From positions 101,184,001 through 101,248,000 of the forward strand of contig OZ024746.1 in assembly GCA_964016885.1 (NCBI GenBank): 64,000 bases of DNA. The letters run 5' to 3'. Made by a program: the position numbers and the translations under genes. Position 1 is the first letter of the stretch. The number at the start of each line of letters is the position of its first letter. The notes beneath the pieces are model-generated. The model had not been told where the DNA came from. It saw only the letters and a list, made by a program, of their open reading frames with translations, and did not search any database. This document shows positions 28,642 through 41,200 of this stretch, piece after piece. This DNA comes from Eledone cirrhosa (taxonomy: Eukaryota).

Positions 28642-30261
28642 ATCAGGGGTGTGTACATATTCCATTGGTGGTCAGGGGTGTGGACATATTCCATTGGTGG
28701 TCAAGGGTGTGTACATATTCCATTGGTGGTCAAGGGTGTGGACATATTCCATTGGTGGTCAGGGGTGTGTACATATTCCATTGGTGGTCAGGGGTGTGGA
28801 CATATTCCATTGGTGGTCAGGGGTGTGGACATATTCCATTGGTGGTCAAGGGTGTGTACATATTCCATTGGTGGTCAAGGGTGTGGACATATTCCATTGG
28901 TGGTCAGGGGTGTGGACATATTCCATTGGTGGTCAGGGGTGTGGACATATTCCATTGGTGGTCAAGGGTGTGTACATATTCCATTGGTGGTCAAGGGTGT
29001 GGACATATTCCATTGGTGGTCAGGGGTGTGGACATATTCCATTGGTGGTCAGGGGTGTGGACATATTCCATTGGTGGTCAAGGGTGTGGACATATTCCAT
29101 TGGTGGTCAGGGGGTGGACATATTCCATTGGTGGTCAGGGGTGTGGACATATTCCATTGGTGGTCAAGGGTGTGTACATATTCCATTGGTGGTCAAGGGT
29201 GTGAACATATTCCATTGGTGGTCAAGGGTGTGGACATATTCTATTGGTGATCAGGGGTGTGGACATATTCCATTGGTGGTCAGGGGTGTGAACATATTCC
29301 ATTGGTGGTCAAGGGTGTGAACATATTCCATTGGTGGTCAGGGGTGTGGACATATTCCATTGGTGGTCAGGGGTGTGGACATATTCCATTGGTGGTCAGG
29401 GGTGTGAACATATTCCATTGGTGGTCAAGGGTGTGAACATATTCCATTGGTGGTCAAGGGTGTGAACATATTCCATTGGTGGTCAAGGGTGTGGACATAT
29501 TCTATTGGTGATCAGGGGTGTGGACATATTCCATTGGTGGTCAGGGGTGTGAACATATTCCATTGGTGGTCAAGGGTGTGAACATATTCCATTGGTGGTC
29601 AGGGGTGTGGACATATTCCATTGGTGTCAGGGGTGTGGACATATTTCATTGGTGGTCAAGGGTGTGAACATATTCCATTGGTGGTCAGGGGTGTGGACAT
29701 ATTCCATTGGTGGTCAGGGGTGTGTACATATTCCATTGGTGGTCAAGGGTGTGAACATATTCTATTGGTGGTCAGGGGTGTGGACATATTCCATTGGTGG
29801 TCAGGGGTGTGAACATATTCCATTGGTGGTCAGGGGTGTGGACATATTCCATTGGTGGTCAGGGGTGTGGACATATTCCATTGGTGGTCAGGGGTGTGGA
29901 TATATTCCATTGGTGGTCAGGGGTGTGAACATATTCCATTGGTGGTCAAGGGTGTGAACATATTCCATTGGTGGTCAGGGGTGTGGACATATTCCATTGG
30001 TGGTCAGGGGTGTGGACATATTCCATTGGTGGTCAGGGGTGTGAACATATTCCATTGGTGGTCAGGGGTGTGGACATATTCCATTGGTGGTCAGGGGTGT
30101 GAACATATTCCATTGGTGGTCAGGGGTGTGAACATATTCCATTGGTGGTCAGGGGTGTGGACATATTCCATTGGTGGTCAGGGGTGTGAACATATTCCAT
30201 TGGTGGTCAGGGGTGTGAACATATTCCATTGGTGGTCAGGGGTGTGAACATATTCCATTGG
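28642..30261. repeat. 29-bp G-rich minisatellite TCAGGGGTGTGGACATATTCCATTGGTGG, ~56 copies
   Basis: Period 29 measured from successive CATATTCC (28685, 28714). Confidence 0.96.
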
Positions 30262-31269
30262 CAGGCATTGAACATTGGAACAACTATTAGGGCCAGTCAC
30301 TGTAAAAAATATCTAATCTAATGAAAACCAGTGAATTGAGTCATAAATACATTGTGAATACATTTTTAAACAATAAAGACAAATAACACGGAACTGGAAA
30401 ATTATAACAGACATAACCCTATCAGCGAAGCCTTTTAGGTCAACTAGCAGAAAATTGTATTACGGTTCCGAAAAAATTCTAAATAAGCCTACAAGGTAAA
30501 CATTAAAATCACGGGCCACTCTGACTGGTCTGGCAAGCTGGATTGTGGTCTGTGGGATGCCTGTTGCATGTCCCTGCTCTACATAGTTCTTGAACTTGCT
30601 AGAAATAGCAGCTACATGTCTGTGTCACATATTTTAATTTTTTTAAATGGTATGATTAACATTGGTCATAGATGTGCACAATCAATTTTAATTTAGGGTT
30701 AAACAAAAACAGCATTAGGGTAATGGTAGAGTTTTCTACTTGCAGGGAGAACTGCACATAGGATAATGAGGCTTTTCAATAGGATGTGGTAGAGGCTAGA
30801 GATGGTACCACAGACGAAAACAAGAAACCTTGTGATGGACTAGAATCTGATTCAACAGCATATCTTTGAATTACATCTAAAGTAAAATAAGTTCTGCTCC
30901 AGTACTTTATCACAGTAATAAACAACAATGAACAGGAGATAAGTCAACAAAGGAGCCTTTACATGGTTGCTTGACATTCTAGAAATAGGAACCAAAACAT
31001 CATTTCAAACCATATTGTCTTAGATGAGAGAAGGACAGGGGTAAAAGAGGGTGGGTAGGATGAGAGTAGCAAGAAAAGAGAGGTGGTATATTATCAGAGA
31101 TTACAAACTTACTTCCAAGAAACAGGAGGAGGATGTCATGAAAAAGTAAAATAAAACTTACAAAGAAATTGGTTTTATTTTTATTTTGAATTATTTCTGA
31201 TGTAAATAATGTTATAAATATTATTACTGTTGTTATTCTAGTTTTGTTATGTGTCTTTATTTATTCTGG

Positions 31270-31403
31270 GTAGCCATGAGCCAACACCAATGTCACTATT
31301 AGGCTAGCCATGAGCCAACACCAATGTCACTATTAGGCTAGCCAGGAGCCAACACCAATGTCACTATTAGGTTAGCCAGGAGCCAACACCAATGTCACTA
31401 TTA
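31270..31403. repeat. 34-bp tandem repeat x4 (TAGCCATGAGCCAACACCAATGTCACTATTAGGC)
   Basis: Direct inspection. Confidence 0.9.
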
Positions 31404-31410
31404 TTATTAA

Positions 31411-31600
31411 AGGTGGCAGATTGGCAGAATTGTTGGAATATTGCAATATTTGGCTCTTTGTGTTCTGAGTCCAAATCTTGCTGAGGTGAAATTTACCTTT
31501 CATCCTTCCACGGTCAAGAAACTAAAGTACCAGTAGTGTACTGGAGTCAATATAATTAACTTTCTGTCCTACAAATCGCTGGACTTATGCTCACAACAAT
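31411..31600 (+). mobile_element. Diverged tRNA-derived SINE (Nin/Deu-domain-like family)
   Basis: GGTGGCAGATTGGCAG...TTCTGAGTCCAAATC...CCTTTCATCCTT...AAAGTACCAG; reverse-complement match to the copies at 52474 and 58270. Confidence 0.65.
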
Positions 31601-31810
31601 AACAACAACAACAACGGCTTCAGAGTTAGGCTCAAGGCCAACAATTTTGGAGAAAAATAACAAAAAAACAAGAAGCTAAACTGCATAACCAAACAAGAGT
31701 GTTGTAGTAACATGAGCAGTCTCTACTCCCCACCAACTCCTACAAAAATAATGCAGCACACACCTGGTGATGCAGTAGAAACTTCTACTAAATAATAATA
31801 ATAATAATAT

Positions 31811-32948
31811 TTTTTGTAAGGTTTCTCTAACATGTAGATTGACCTCAGATCAGTCCCTGACCTCAGAGACTCAATATATCACGTAGGATTGTGGCAGCGC
31901 TAGTGATGGTTGAAATTTGGGCACTGCTTATGAAATCAGGTATCCCAAAACCTTTAGGGGTTGTGCCTAGCAACCCAATAACGAATGGCACTACTTGATG
32001 TGATCAGTTCAACAGCAATGTTGACATACTTATTGATCTTTTCCATTTCCTTTTCAGCCACATTGTGGTCTTGAGGGATCGCAATATCAATTAGTCCATT
32101 TGGGGGTTTGTTTGTTTTTACAACAATATCACGGTGGTTGTGTTGGACTTTGTTCTTGATCTGACGGTCCTAAAATAACTACTCCCTCGCCTGATAGTCA
32201 GGATTCAAGAGGAGTATGGTCATACCACTGACACTGTGTTTCTATGTTGTATGTTTTCTACAACTCCCAATGGACTCTTTTTTCTATAAGATTATGGCAG
32301 ATTTTAAAACGACTTTTTGCTAATTGCTCCACTTGCAATATGTGCCACAGTTTACTTTATGACTCTCAAAAGTGGGGAGCAATTTTATCCATCGATGTTA
32401 TCTTTTACCAAATTGGTTCTGAGTGCCTGGTCTTGTATGGCAGCAATAATAGCCTTAATGCTCTTTTTAAACCAACCTGACCTAAGACCAGCAAAGTCTT
32501 TAATGTCAGCTGAAAACTGCCACGAAGAACTTCTCTCTCTCTTTCTTGTATACTTTCTTACCCCGACTTTCTGTTATAAAGTCTTCCTTCAGAATTTCTC
32601 TAAGTAGTGGTTCTACAGTTAATGTCAGATTGTCCCACAAGCTGTTGCACTCAATACGTAGACATTGCTCAACAGAAATTAAACTTCTCCCATCTTCCTT
32701 TCGTGTAAGCACCCATTGCACATTAAGATCTTATGTGAGCACCTGTCAATTCTTTCAAGGCCTTGTTTCATCCAATCAACTATTCCACCACTATAACTCA
32801 CTACTCCCAAAACCCTTGTTTTATTCCCGATGTCACATTTCCTGCACACAGTTCTGACTTGGACAATTCTCTCACTCTCCTGATGTATTCCTTCTCAATC
32901 TTTTCCTTCATTTCACCAGTTCTAATTCCTGCATGCTGCAACATGCCC
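31811..32948 (-). mobile_element. 5'-truncated degenerate R4/Dong-like non-LTR retrotransposon in a (TAA)n tract
   Basis: Minus strand gives RKEDGRSLISVE, IIAAIQDQALRTN, TVAHIASG, HNLIEKRVHWEL, WYDHTP and a remnant PD...ID.AIP endonuclease region; (TAA)n on both sides (31792-31810, 32949-32970). Confidence 0.75.
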
Positions 32949-33278
32949 AATAATAATAATAATAATAATGATGATTTCTAGTATAGGCACAAGGCCAGCA
33001 ATTTTTTGGGGAGGAGAAAGTTGATGAAATTGACCCCAGTGCATTACTGGTCCTTTATAATAATAATAATAATAATAATAATAGGAAAATTCTTCTTATT
33101 ATAATTTTATTGTTTGATTTGTAAGAATCTCAGGCTAAAAAATAATATATAAATTATATACATTTTTATGCTGTGGATAAGAGTGTGTGTGTATATGTAT
33201 GACTGTGTGTGTATGTGTATGGCTGTGTGTGTATGTGTATGGCTCTGTGTGTGTATGTGTGCACATATAGGAGTTTAA

Positions 33279-33516
33279 CCCTTTAGCATTTAAACCGGCC
33301 ATATCCGGCCATAACCAGTCATATCCGGCCATAATTCTCTCACCTCTTTCTGTTCCAACTGGCCATAACAGGCCACTCATACTTATGTTAAGGTATTGTT
33401 CTCAAACTAAATAATATCAAAATCTTGTAGATTCGATATTATATGATAATTATGTGATGTAAAGCCATTACTGTGAAAACATAACAACATATATAGAGTA
33501 CTGAAATGTTAAAGGG
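33279..33516. mobile_element. piggyBac-like MITE (family A)
   Basis: TTAA-CCCTTTAGCATTT...AAATGTTAAAGGG-TTAT; same family inverted at 60615-60807. Confidence 0.7.
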
Positions 33517-33725
33517 TTATGAAATTGAAGTTGTGTCCATTGACGATGTACAAAAGGTAAAATATAATTTAGATAATAGTTGATTTGTTTCAAAAGAAGA
33601 TTTAAAAACTGTTTTTGTATGATCATATGTGTTAAAACCATGGAAAATAGGGAAGACAAGATTTAATGTGCAGTAATTTAATAACTCTAAACATAGAAAA
33701 TATCGCTTATATAGAAGATACACTA

Positions 33726-33841
33726 CATTCCCATACACACATCTGTTTATTACCATTCCCATACACACATCTGTTTATTACCATTCCCATACTCACATCT
33801 GTTTATTACCATTCCCATACACACATCTGTTTAATACCATT
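33726..33841. repeat. 28-bp tandem repeat x4 (CATTCCCATACACACATCTGTTTATTAC)
   Basis: Direct inspection. Confidence 0.9.
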
Positions 33842-34438
33842 CTTCCTTACCATTTAATAATTATCCACCATTTCTCTACACTTTCTTCTTCAATCAATCT
33901 CTTTATCAATTTTATCCCATAAACAACCACAAAGACTCACATATTTGCTTCTCTCTCTTAATATCTAATATTTACATTCACCATCACATCATGCACAGCT
34001 AACACATACACATATATGATGTGTGTATATATATATATACACACAAATATATATATATATACATATATATATACATACACACATCAGTTCATTATGGAAT
34101 AGTTGTTCTTATATCTCCCAACATGCTATTTTTTTTCTATTTTAACTTGGGTTTATGAAAAATTTCTTGTTTCGTTGTGCATTTTTTCTTCTTCTTTCTT
34201 CCTTCTACAGATTTCTTTGAGTCAGTGAATAAGAATTTTGTATTTAAAAACCATTTTTAATTGTTTTGTTTTATTTCATTTTGATTAAAGAGCCCTGTTG
34301 AGAAAAATGTTTGTTTACCTATTTTTCAGAGATAGGTAACAGGGAAACCAAAACCAACTTCCCACATTCTTTTGTGGCCAATTTATCAACAGGTTGTGCT
34401 AAAATATATTTACTACTGTGTATGTATGTGTGTATTGT

Positions 34439-34476
<38 letters not shown>

Positions 34477-34527
34477 GAGTTAAATAAGTATGTATGTTTA
34501 TACAATACACACACACATATATATATA

Positions 34528-34562
<35 letters not shown>

Positions 34563-34602
34563 CTAGTATAAACACACACACATATATTCAAATGTATTCA
34601 TA

Positions 34603-34742
34603 TCATCATCATCACCGTTTTACGTCCGTTCTTCCACGCTAGCATGGGTTAGACGGGTTGTCCTGTTGTGGGCAGTGTCTGGTCGGCTGACCATGCCTTG
34701 CTCATACAGGAACTGATCTGGCTTGATTTCTACAGCTGGATG
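34603..34742 (-). mobile_element. RTE family B 3' UTR/tail fragment
   Basis: Apparently identical to 40875-41015; (GAT)n tail. Shorter copy at 39227-39310. Confidence 0.8.
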
Positions 34743-35929
34743 TAATATAATAAGAGGTTAACAGGACTAGCATATATATATATATTTGTATGTACAGGGA
34801 ATCTCAATGTCATTTTTGACCTGAATACATAGGTTTATAGTCTAGATTTGTGTGGAACTTATAGCATACAAGACATAGCCCAGAATAACAAGTCACTGGA
34901 TCTGTCTTAATACCAAAGTGACATTGCTGAATACACAAGCCAAAACTGCTTGGCACCATGGTCGACATTTTACATATATATATATACATATATATGCACA
35001 CATATATACATACATATACACATATAAATACACATATATACATATATATATATACATACAAATATAGCTGGGTTTCTCCATGAAAGGACAATTAAGCCAG
35101 GTGGTGCTATTAAGTTAGACATGGCCTGGGCCAATACTGGCCGAAACCTAAGTTATACATACATATATATATATATATTCCTTCCATATACTGTGCTGTT
35201 TGTTTTGTTATGTTTATTTTTAAATACACCCATACACCCCTCCACACACATTATATATATATATATATATACTAACTATATATATACATATATAGTATAA
35301 TATGTGATTATAGTGTAGTAATTCACTATTATCTTTGTCAAGATGAGAGAAGTTCTATGTAGATTACAATTCATCAGGTGTATAAAACAGACAATTAAGA
35401 GAACAGGTCAATATCGTGTCAAGGACAGGTAACGGGGTATTTAAAATTCAAGGTTATGAATTTATATTTATTCGTTAATACGTTCATTTCAATGTGGTTA
35501 ATTACTTTAATTAATTAGTCAGGTTCAAATACTAATTGACTAACTTATTACAGTAATCTCTGCATGTACTACATATATTTTATATGTGCTACATATATTT
35601 TATATATATTTGTACTACATATATATGTACTACATATATTTTATATGTATTTTTTATCATTTGTTTACATATTACACTAACTACCTACATATGCCTGCTG
35701 CTGCTTTTTACAAACTCTTCCTACAATCTACACTTTATTCCACATAAATAAAGTAATTGTTCAGTAATATATATGATGTAGTTAATAGTTAACTAACAGA
35801 TTGTTAAGTAATATATATGATGATATATAATTTCCAGTTGTTCTAGAAATGCATGAAACATTATAACCACATTGAAATGAATGTAGAAATTAAAGAATAA
35901 ATGTAAATTCATAACCTTGATTTTTTCTA

Positions 35930-35993
<64 letters not shown>

Positions 35994-36095
35994 ATATGTG
36001 TGTATTATTCAATTTAAGAAAATTGGTTGATCAGATAATCGACCAATTTTGGTAGTATATATATATATGTATATGTGTATATATATATATATGTG

Positions 36096-36135
<40 letters not shown>

Positions 36136-36177
36136 TAGATAAATATACACGGGTGTGTATGATTGTGTATAGAAGAT

Positions 36178-36492
36178 TATATTAATAAGAGAAATTCCAA
36201 CTTTGTCTGATTTACTCGTTTTATTTACAATCCTTTAAAATTTATAATGGTATTATAATGAAATAGTATGATAGAATATTAAATGTTAAGTGTTAATTGA
36301 ACAAGTACTTTCATTGCAAACTTGACTGTCACCACACATTATGAACCTGAAGATTGTGAAAGCATGAAAGTACTTGTTCAATTAACACTTAACATTTAAT
36401 ATTCTATCATACTATTTCATTATAATACCATTATAAATTTTAAAGGATTGTAAATAAAACGAGTAAATCAGACAAAGTTGGAATTCCTCTTA

Positions 36493-36500
<8 letters not shown>
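36178..36500. repeat. Foldback element: 137-bp inverted arms (one mismatch), 49-bp spacer, hammerhead-like core at 36342-36380
   Basis: Arms 36178-36314 and 36364-36500; TGAAC-CTGAAGA-TTGTGAAAGCAT-GAAA-GTACTT-GTTCA; flanked by (TA)n. Confidence 0.85.
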
Positions 36501-36549
<49 letters not shown>

Positions 36550-36618
36550 ATGTATATATTACTCTTTTACCTATCCCAACCATCTGGCTGAGGCCATATA
36601 TATACATATATATATATG

Positions 36619-36663
<45 letters not shown>

Positions 36664-36742
36664 GTCTATATATATATATATGTATATGTATATATGTCTA
36701 TATATATATATGTGTGTCTATATATATGTGTCTATATATATA

Positions 36743-36782
<40 letters not shown>

Positions 36783-36809
36783 CATATATATATATGTCTA
36801 TATGTCTAC

Positions 36810-36840
<31 letters not shown>

Positions 36841-36844
<4 letters not shown>

Positions 36845-37080
36845 TTTGAAAAAAAGGAAAAGAATTACTTCACTTGTAGTGTTAAAAATTTTATGATTTA
36901 ATGTAATAATATAATTGTTTCTACTTTAGGCACAAGGCCAGCAATTAGCCCAGTGTATTACTGGTACTTTATTTTATCGACGCTGTAAGGATGAAAGGCA
37001 AAGTTAACCTATAACATTAAAACATAAAATTTTTTAACACTACAAATGAAGTCATTCTTTTCCTTTTTTTCAAATATACC
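36841..37080. repeat. Foldback element (~65-bp arms) with a truncated SINE (36911-37010) in the spacer
   Basis: ATTTGAAAAAAAGGAAAAGAATTACTTCAC... pairs with ...TGAAGTCATTCTTTTCCTTTTTTTCAAAT; (TA)n on both sides. Confidence 0.75.
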
Positions 37081-37107
37081 TAACTGTACCAAGGATCTCA
37101 CACATTT

Positions 37108-37158
<51 letters not shown>

Positions 37159-37378
37159 ACTTATCCGTTTACTGCTTTGCCCAGTATTTTGAGACATGCA
37201 TTCCCTCACGTCCAATATTGGTTTACTGAACAGGTTTTGTGATATGAGGTTGCAGTCGTAATCAATTTGATTAATTAATTCATTAATTTGTAATGGCATT
37301 TCGTTAAAATTTATAAAATGATTTTAAGTATTATCTTTGGCTTTTGATCTAAATCATATATATTATATACACACACAC

Positions 37379-37409
<31 letters not shown>

Positions 37410-37784
37410 CATATGTATATATATATATCTACCCTCGTAATTTTAGACACAGGTTTACGGTGGTTACTTCTACACATATTAATATATATATATATGCAAA
37501 TAAGTCCTTCACGTTGCTCCCCTGTTTATGACTGCAATATAAATTTGTAGATCAAATCTTCTGATAACAGCCACATAAATCATATTGCAGAAGATTTGAA
37601 TACTGATCTAGAGTTAATTTAATTAGTTCAGACTGATTGCACTATAATGACCAGCAGACTTACTAGCACAAACAATGTTGGTATCTTCACCACAAACAAA
37701 CTGGTATTTTCACTGTTAAGCAGTCATATCTTTCATAGAATATACATTCCTTTGTCCATTAAGTTCTCTGAACTTGTGTTCATT

Positions 37785-38218
37785 TTACAGTTCACTTTCT
37801 TCAGCATGAATATTTGCAATCTTTGTTTGTGTAAGTCCATGCATTGGAGCTAAGCGTAGTTTGAACTCACTTGGTTGTCGGGTCTTGCTAAGATCAAGCC
37901 ATAATCGTGCTGGATCAGCTTGCTTTGGGGTACTAGATGAAGTGGGGGGTGTAAATGTGATTGCAGATGAAACTTGTGTGTCAATGGAGGATGGTTGGTC
38001 TGAAACAGACATTTTATTTGTAGCAGTTGTTAGTGGTGTTGGTGTCTGTATCTCTGTTGTTGTTGGCATGCTAGTTCCATCAGAATGGCTAGTGGAAGAG
38101 TTTGCCAACATCCTTGTGTTGACTGGCAGTGCTGTTGCTGAAGAAGAACCAGTCTGAGTATTAGCAGCAGCAGCACAGCTCTCCATTTCAGGAAAAATGT
38201 CTGTACAAATACCACTTT
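37785..38218 (-). CDS. PLEKHG4B: Probable terminal RhoGEF coding exon: ESGICTDIFPEMESC...IHAEESEL*
   Basis: Acceptor ttttttcctcag, phase 1 matching the previous exon; 434 nt open to TAA; S/T-rich non-repetitive sequence. Small additional exons in the 11.7-kb intron cannot be excluded. Confidence 0.75.
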
Positions 38219-41200
38219 CTGAGGAAAAAAAAGAAAAGAGTCAAATTTAAGTAACTAAAATTGATTTTTGAAATTACTATAAAACTATTGAATATAATGT
38301 GTGAAATTGCTGCCAGAAGGTGGCTGATGAAGTAGAGATGCAGTTGTTTGTTTTATGCAAGTGTTTATTTTTCTGCCAATACCACACACACACACACATA
38401 TATACATATATACATACAAACAAAAATGAGCTCAGTGTGCTGTTATGCTAGGGGCAGGGAGTAGCAGTTCAGGAGTGTCAAATGATAAATAAACAGTGAG
38501 AAGGAAAGATAAAGAATGAAAGAGAGAAAAAGCAGGAGTTGGACACACAAACATACAATAGAAAATATATACATGTGTGTGTATATATATACACATAGTA
38601 TAATGGTTTGTAACTTTACGTTACTATTGGTTCACCAACTTGAGCACTCGAGGCAGGTCTGGTTTAATATGGGATGTTCATTTGGTCGGTCTCCTTCATA
38701 AACAGAGTGTTAATAATAATAATAAACGAGGTGTTAAAGTACTATCTTTATATTTATTCAGGTGTGATGTGTGTTTTGTGATATACTCAATATCAATTGC
38801 GCCCGACTCTGGAATCAATAGCTTATCATACTCATGGATTAAGGAAACCACGAGTATGATTCCAGCATCAGGTACAGTTGATACTGACCATACCTTGAGC
38901 TGATCGTGAAACACACACCACACCTGAATATAATGATCATACTTTTACACAGCATTCCTATTTATTATATATATAAAATAAAAAATAAATTTGTCGATCG
39001 ACTTTCGTCAAATTGAACCGAGGAAACAATGTTTCCGTTGGTCTTTCTAATTGCTAATACTATCTATCGCAACTCTAGGTACAAAGAGCAACATGAAATA
39101 AAGTGTCTTGCTGAAGGACATAACGCATCGCTCGGTTGAGGAATCGAACTCACAACCTCATGATTGCGAATCCAGTTCTCTAATCAATCAGCCACACGCC
39201 TTCATAAACACACACACACACATATATCATCATCATTTTACGTCTGTTCTTCCACGCTAGCATGGGTTAGGCGGGTTGTCCTCTTGCGGGCAGTGTCCGG
39301 TCGGCTGACCTTATATATATATTTATTAAAATAACAGATTAAAGTTTAAGCAAAGAATCGCTGCTTTCACCCTTAATGGGATCTTCTGAAACTAAAAAAA
39401 TCAATCTGTGAATGCAGAAATAAATATTTCGAAAAACCTTGCAACCGAAGGAAAACAGGAAGACGATACTTTGGTTTGTGAAGACGTTCCCTGGCAACGA
39501 ACAGAAAAACGTTGTTATGTGGAGCGATGAGAACAATTACACGCAAAGACAAAACCACGTTTATGGTGTAAATGAAGTCGTAGACTAATATTCTATTTAG
39601 GAAACCGAATGATTCTCGGCCTCGGAGTTAAGAATAGTGTAAATAAATTAGTAGAACGAAAATGAGAGAGGTTATTGAAATCAAATAATTAAATATATAC
39701 ATATATCTATATACGTACATACACAGGCATACGCAAAACACCCGCCATGCATGCATATACATGCACGTACACATAAGCATGTGCACACATACATGAATCT
39801 GCGGGACACATGTACCCGCACACATACGAACGTATACACCAAATACACGTAAACAAATATATATACACATAAATACATATATAACGCACACACACACATA
39901 CCTACAGGTAAATACACAATTACACCAAATGTACATCACCAAAACACAATGTACACATATACACACCATACATACGTGCAAACACGCATACACACAATCT
40001 GTTATTTTAATAAATATTTGCTCTACGGTTCTTATATATTCGATATATATTTATCCTTATCGAGCCCTCTTTGTATTTTAGTCTTCAAATTTATTATTAT
40101 TACTATATATATAAAACGAAGGAAGTGTAGTAAGGAACCAGATGGACCATAACGCACCAGAGTACTCAATACTTAGGGTAGTAGAGTGGGTAAAAGGAAA
40201 ATATATGACCCCGACAACAGAGCTCAAGCCGTTTCGAAGGCTATTTCTGGACTAAATTAGAATTTTTAGCTTGGTAATAAATAGCCAAACTTTTCAAGGG
40301 GTAATTCCTTATATGGGAAGATTGTAGTTGTCAAAAAGATTGGTCAAAATTTTTTGTAAACACAATTAAGTCTTTCATGGCAGTGGGTGGGGGTGGCTGA
40401 ACTTGCCTGTAGAGCAATGAGGGAGTGGGTGGAGCCGGTCAAGCGTTGAAAGTTAATTCTATACAGCAAATTCTAAGGAGTGTGTATGAAATTAGGCTAG
40501 CTAGAAAGCAGGCAAAAAAGAATTCTGGAGGAATTAGAGAGTGGGACATTATAGAATAGGTTAATAAATTGAGATTAAAAGATAATAAATAAATAAAATA
40601 ATATAAAAATAATAAAATTAAATAGTAAAAAAGTAATAAAAAAGTCTCTAGAGTCTAAAGCAACTGCTATATTTGTGTTTACAAACATTTTGACCAATCC
40701 TCTTGACAACTACAATCTTCCCATATAAGGAATTACCCCTTGAAAAGTTCGGCTATTTATTACCAAGCTAAAAATTCTAATTTAGTCCAGAAATAGCCGT
40801 CGAAACAGCTTGAGCTCTGCCGTCGGGGTTAAACATTTTCCTATATATATATATATATATATATATATCATCATCATCATCATCATCACCGTTTTACGTC
40901 CGTTCTTCCACGCTAGCATGGGTTAGACGGGTTGTCCTGTTGTGGGCAGTGTCTGGTCGGCTGACCATGCCTTGCTCATACAGGAACTGATCTGGCTTGA
41001 TTTCTACAGCTGGATGCCCTTCCTAACACCAACCTCATTTACAGTGAGTGCTGGGTGCTTTTTCGTGGCGCCTACACGTCCACTTTACAGTGTGGGCTGG
41101 GTGCTTTTTTTGCCGTGGCACCTCCACGACCACCTTGCGGTGGGGGGGGGGGGGGGCATATTGTTTATATGCTTCAGCATGTACCCATGGGAGGTCGGGT

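Noticed and set aside
28649-30247. ORFs with HIPLVV/FHWWS/TYSIGG repeats
   Set aside because: Translation artefact of the 29-bp array.
22443-30261. CRISPR-like arrays (29-32-bp repeats)
   Set aside because: The repeats are head-to-tail with no unique spacers, there are no cas genes, and the context is eukaryotic.
38696-38923. 75-aa minus-strand ORF as an extra RhoGEF exon
   Set aside because: It coincides with a nested hairpin element, lacks convincing splice sites, and the flanking exons already join in frame.
39339-39631. TTAA-bounded CpG-rich segment as a Kolobok/piggyBac MITE
   Set aside because: The putative TIRs match only around AGAATC, which is too weak to call.
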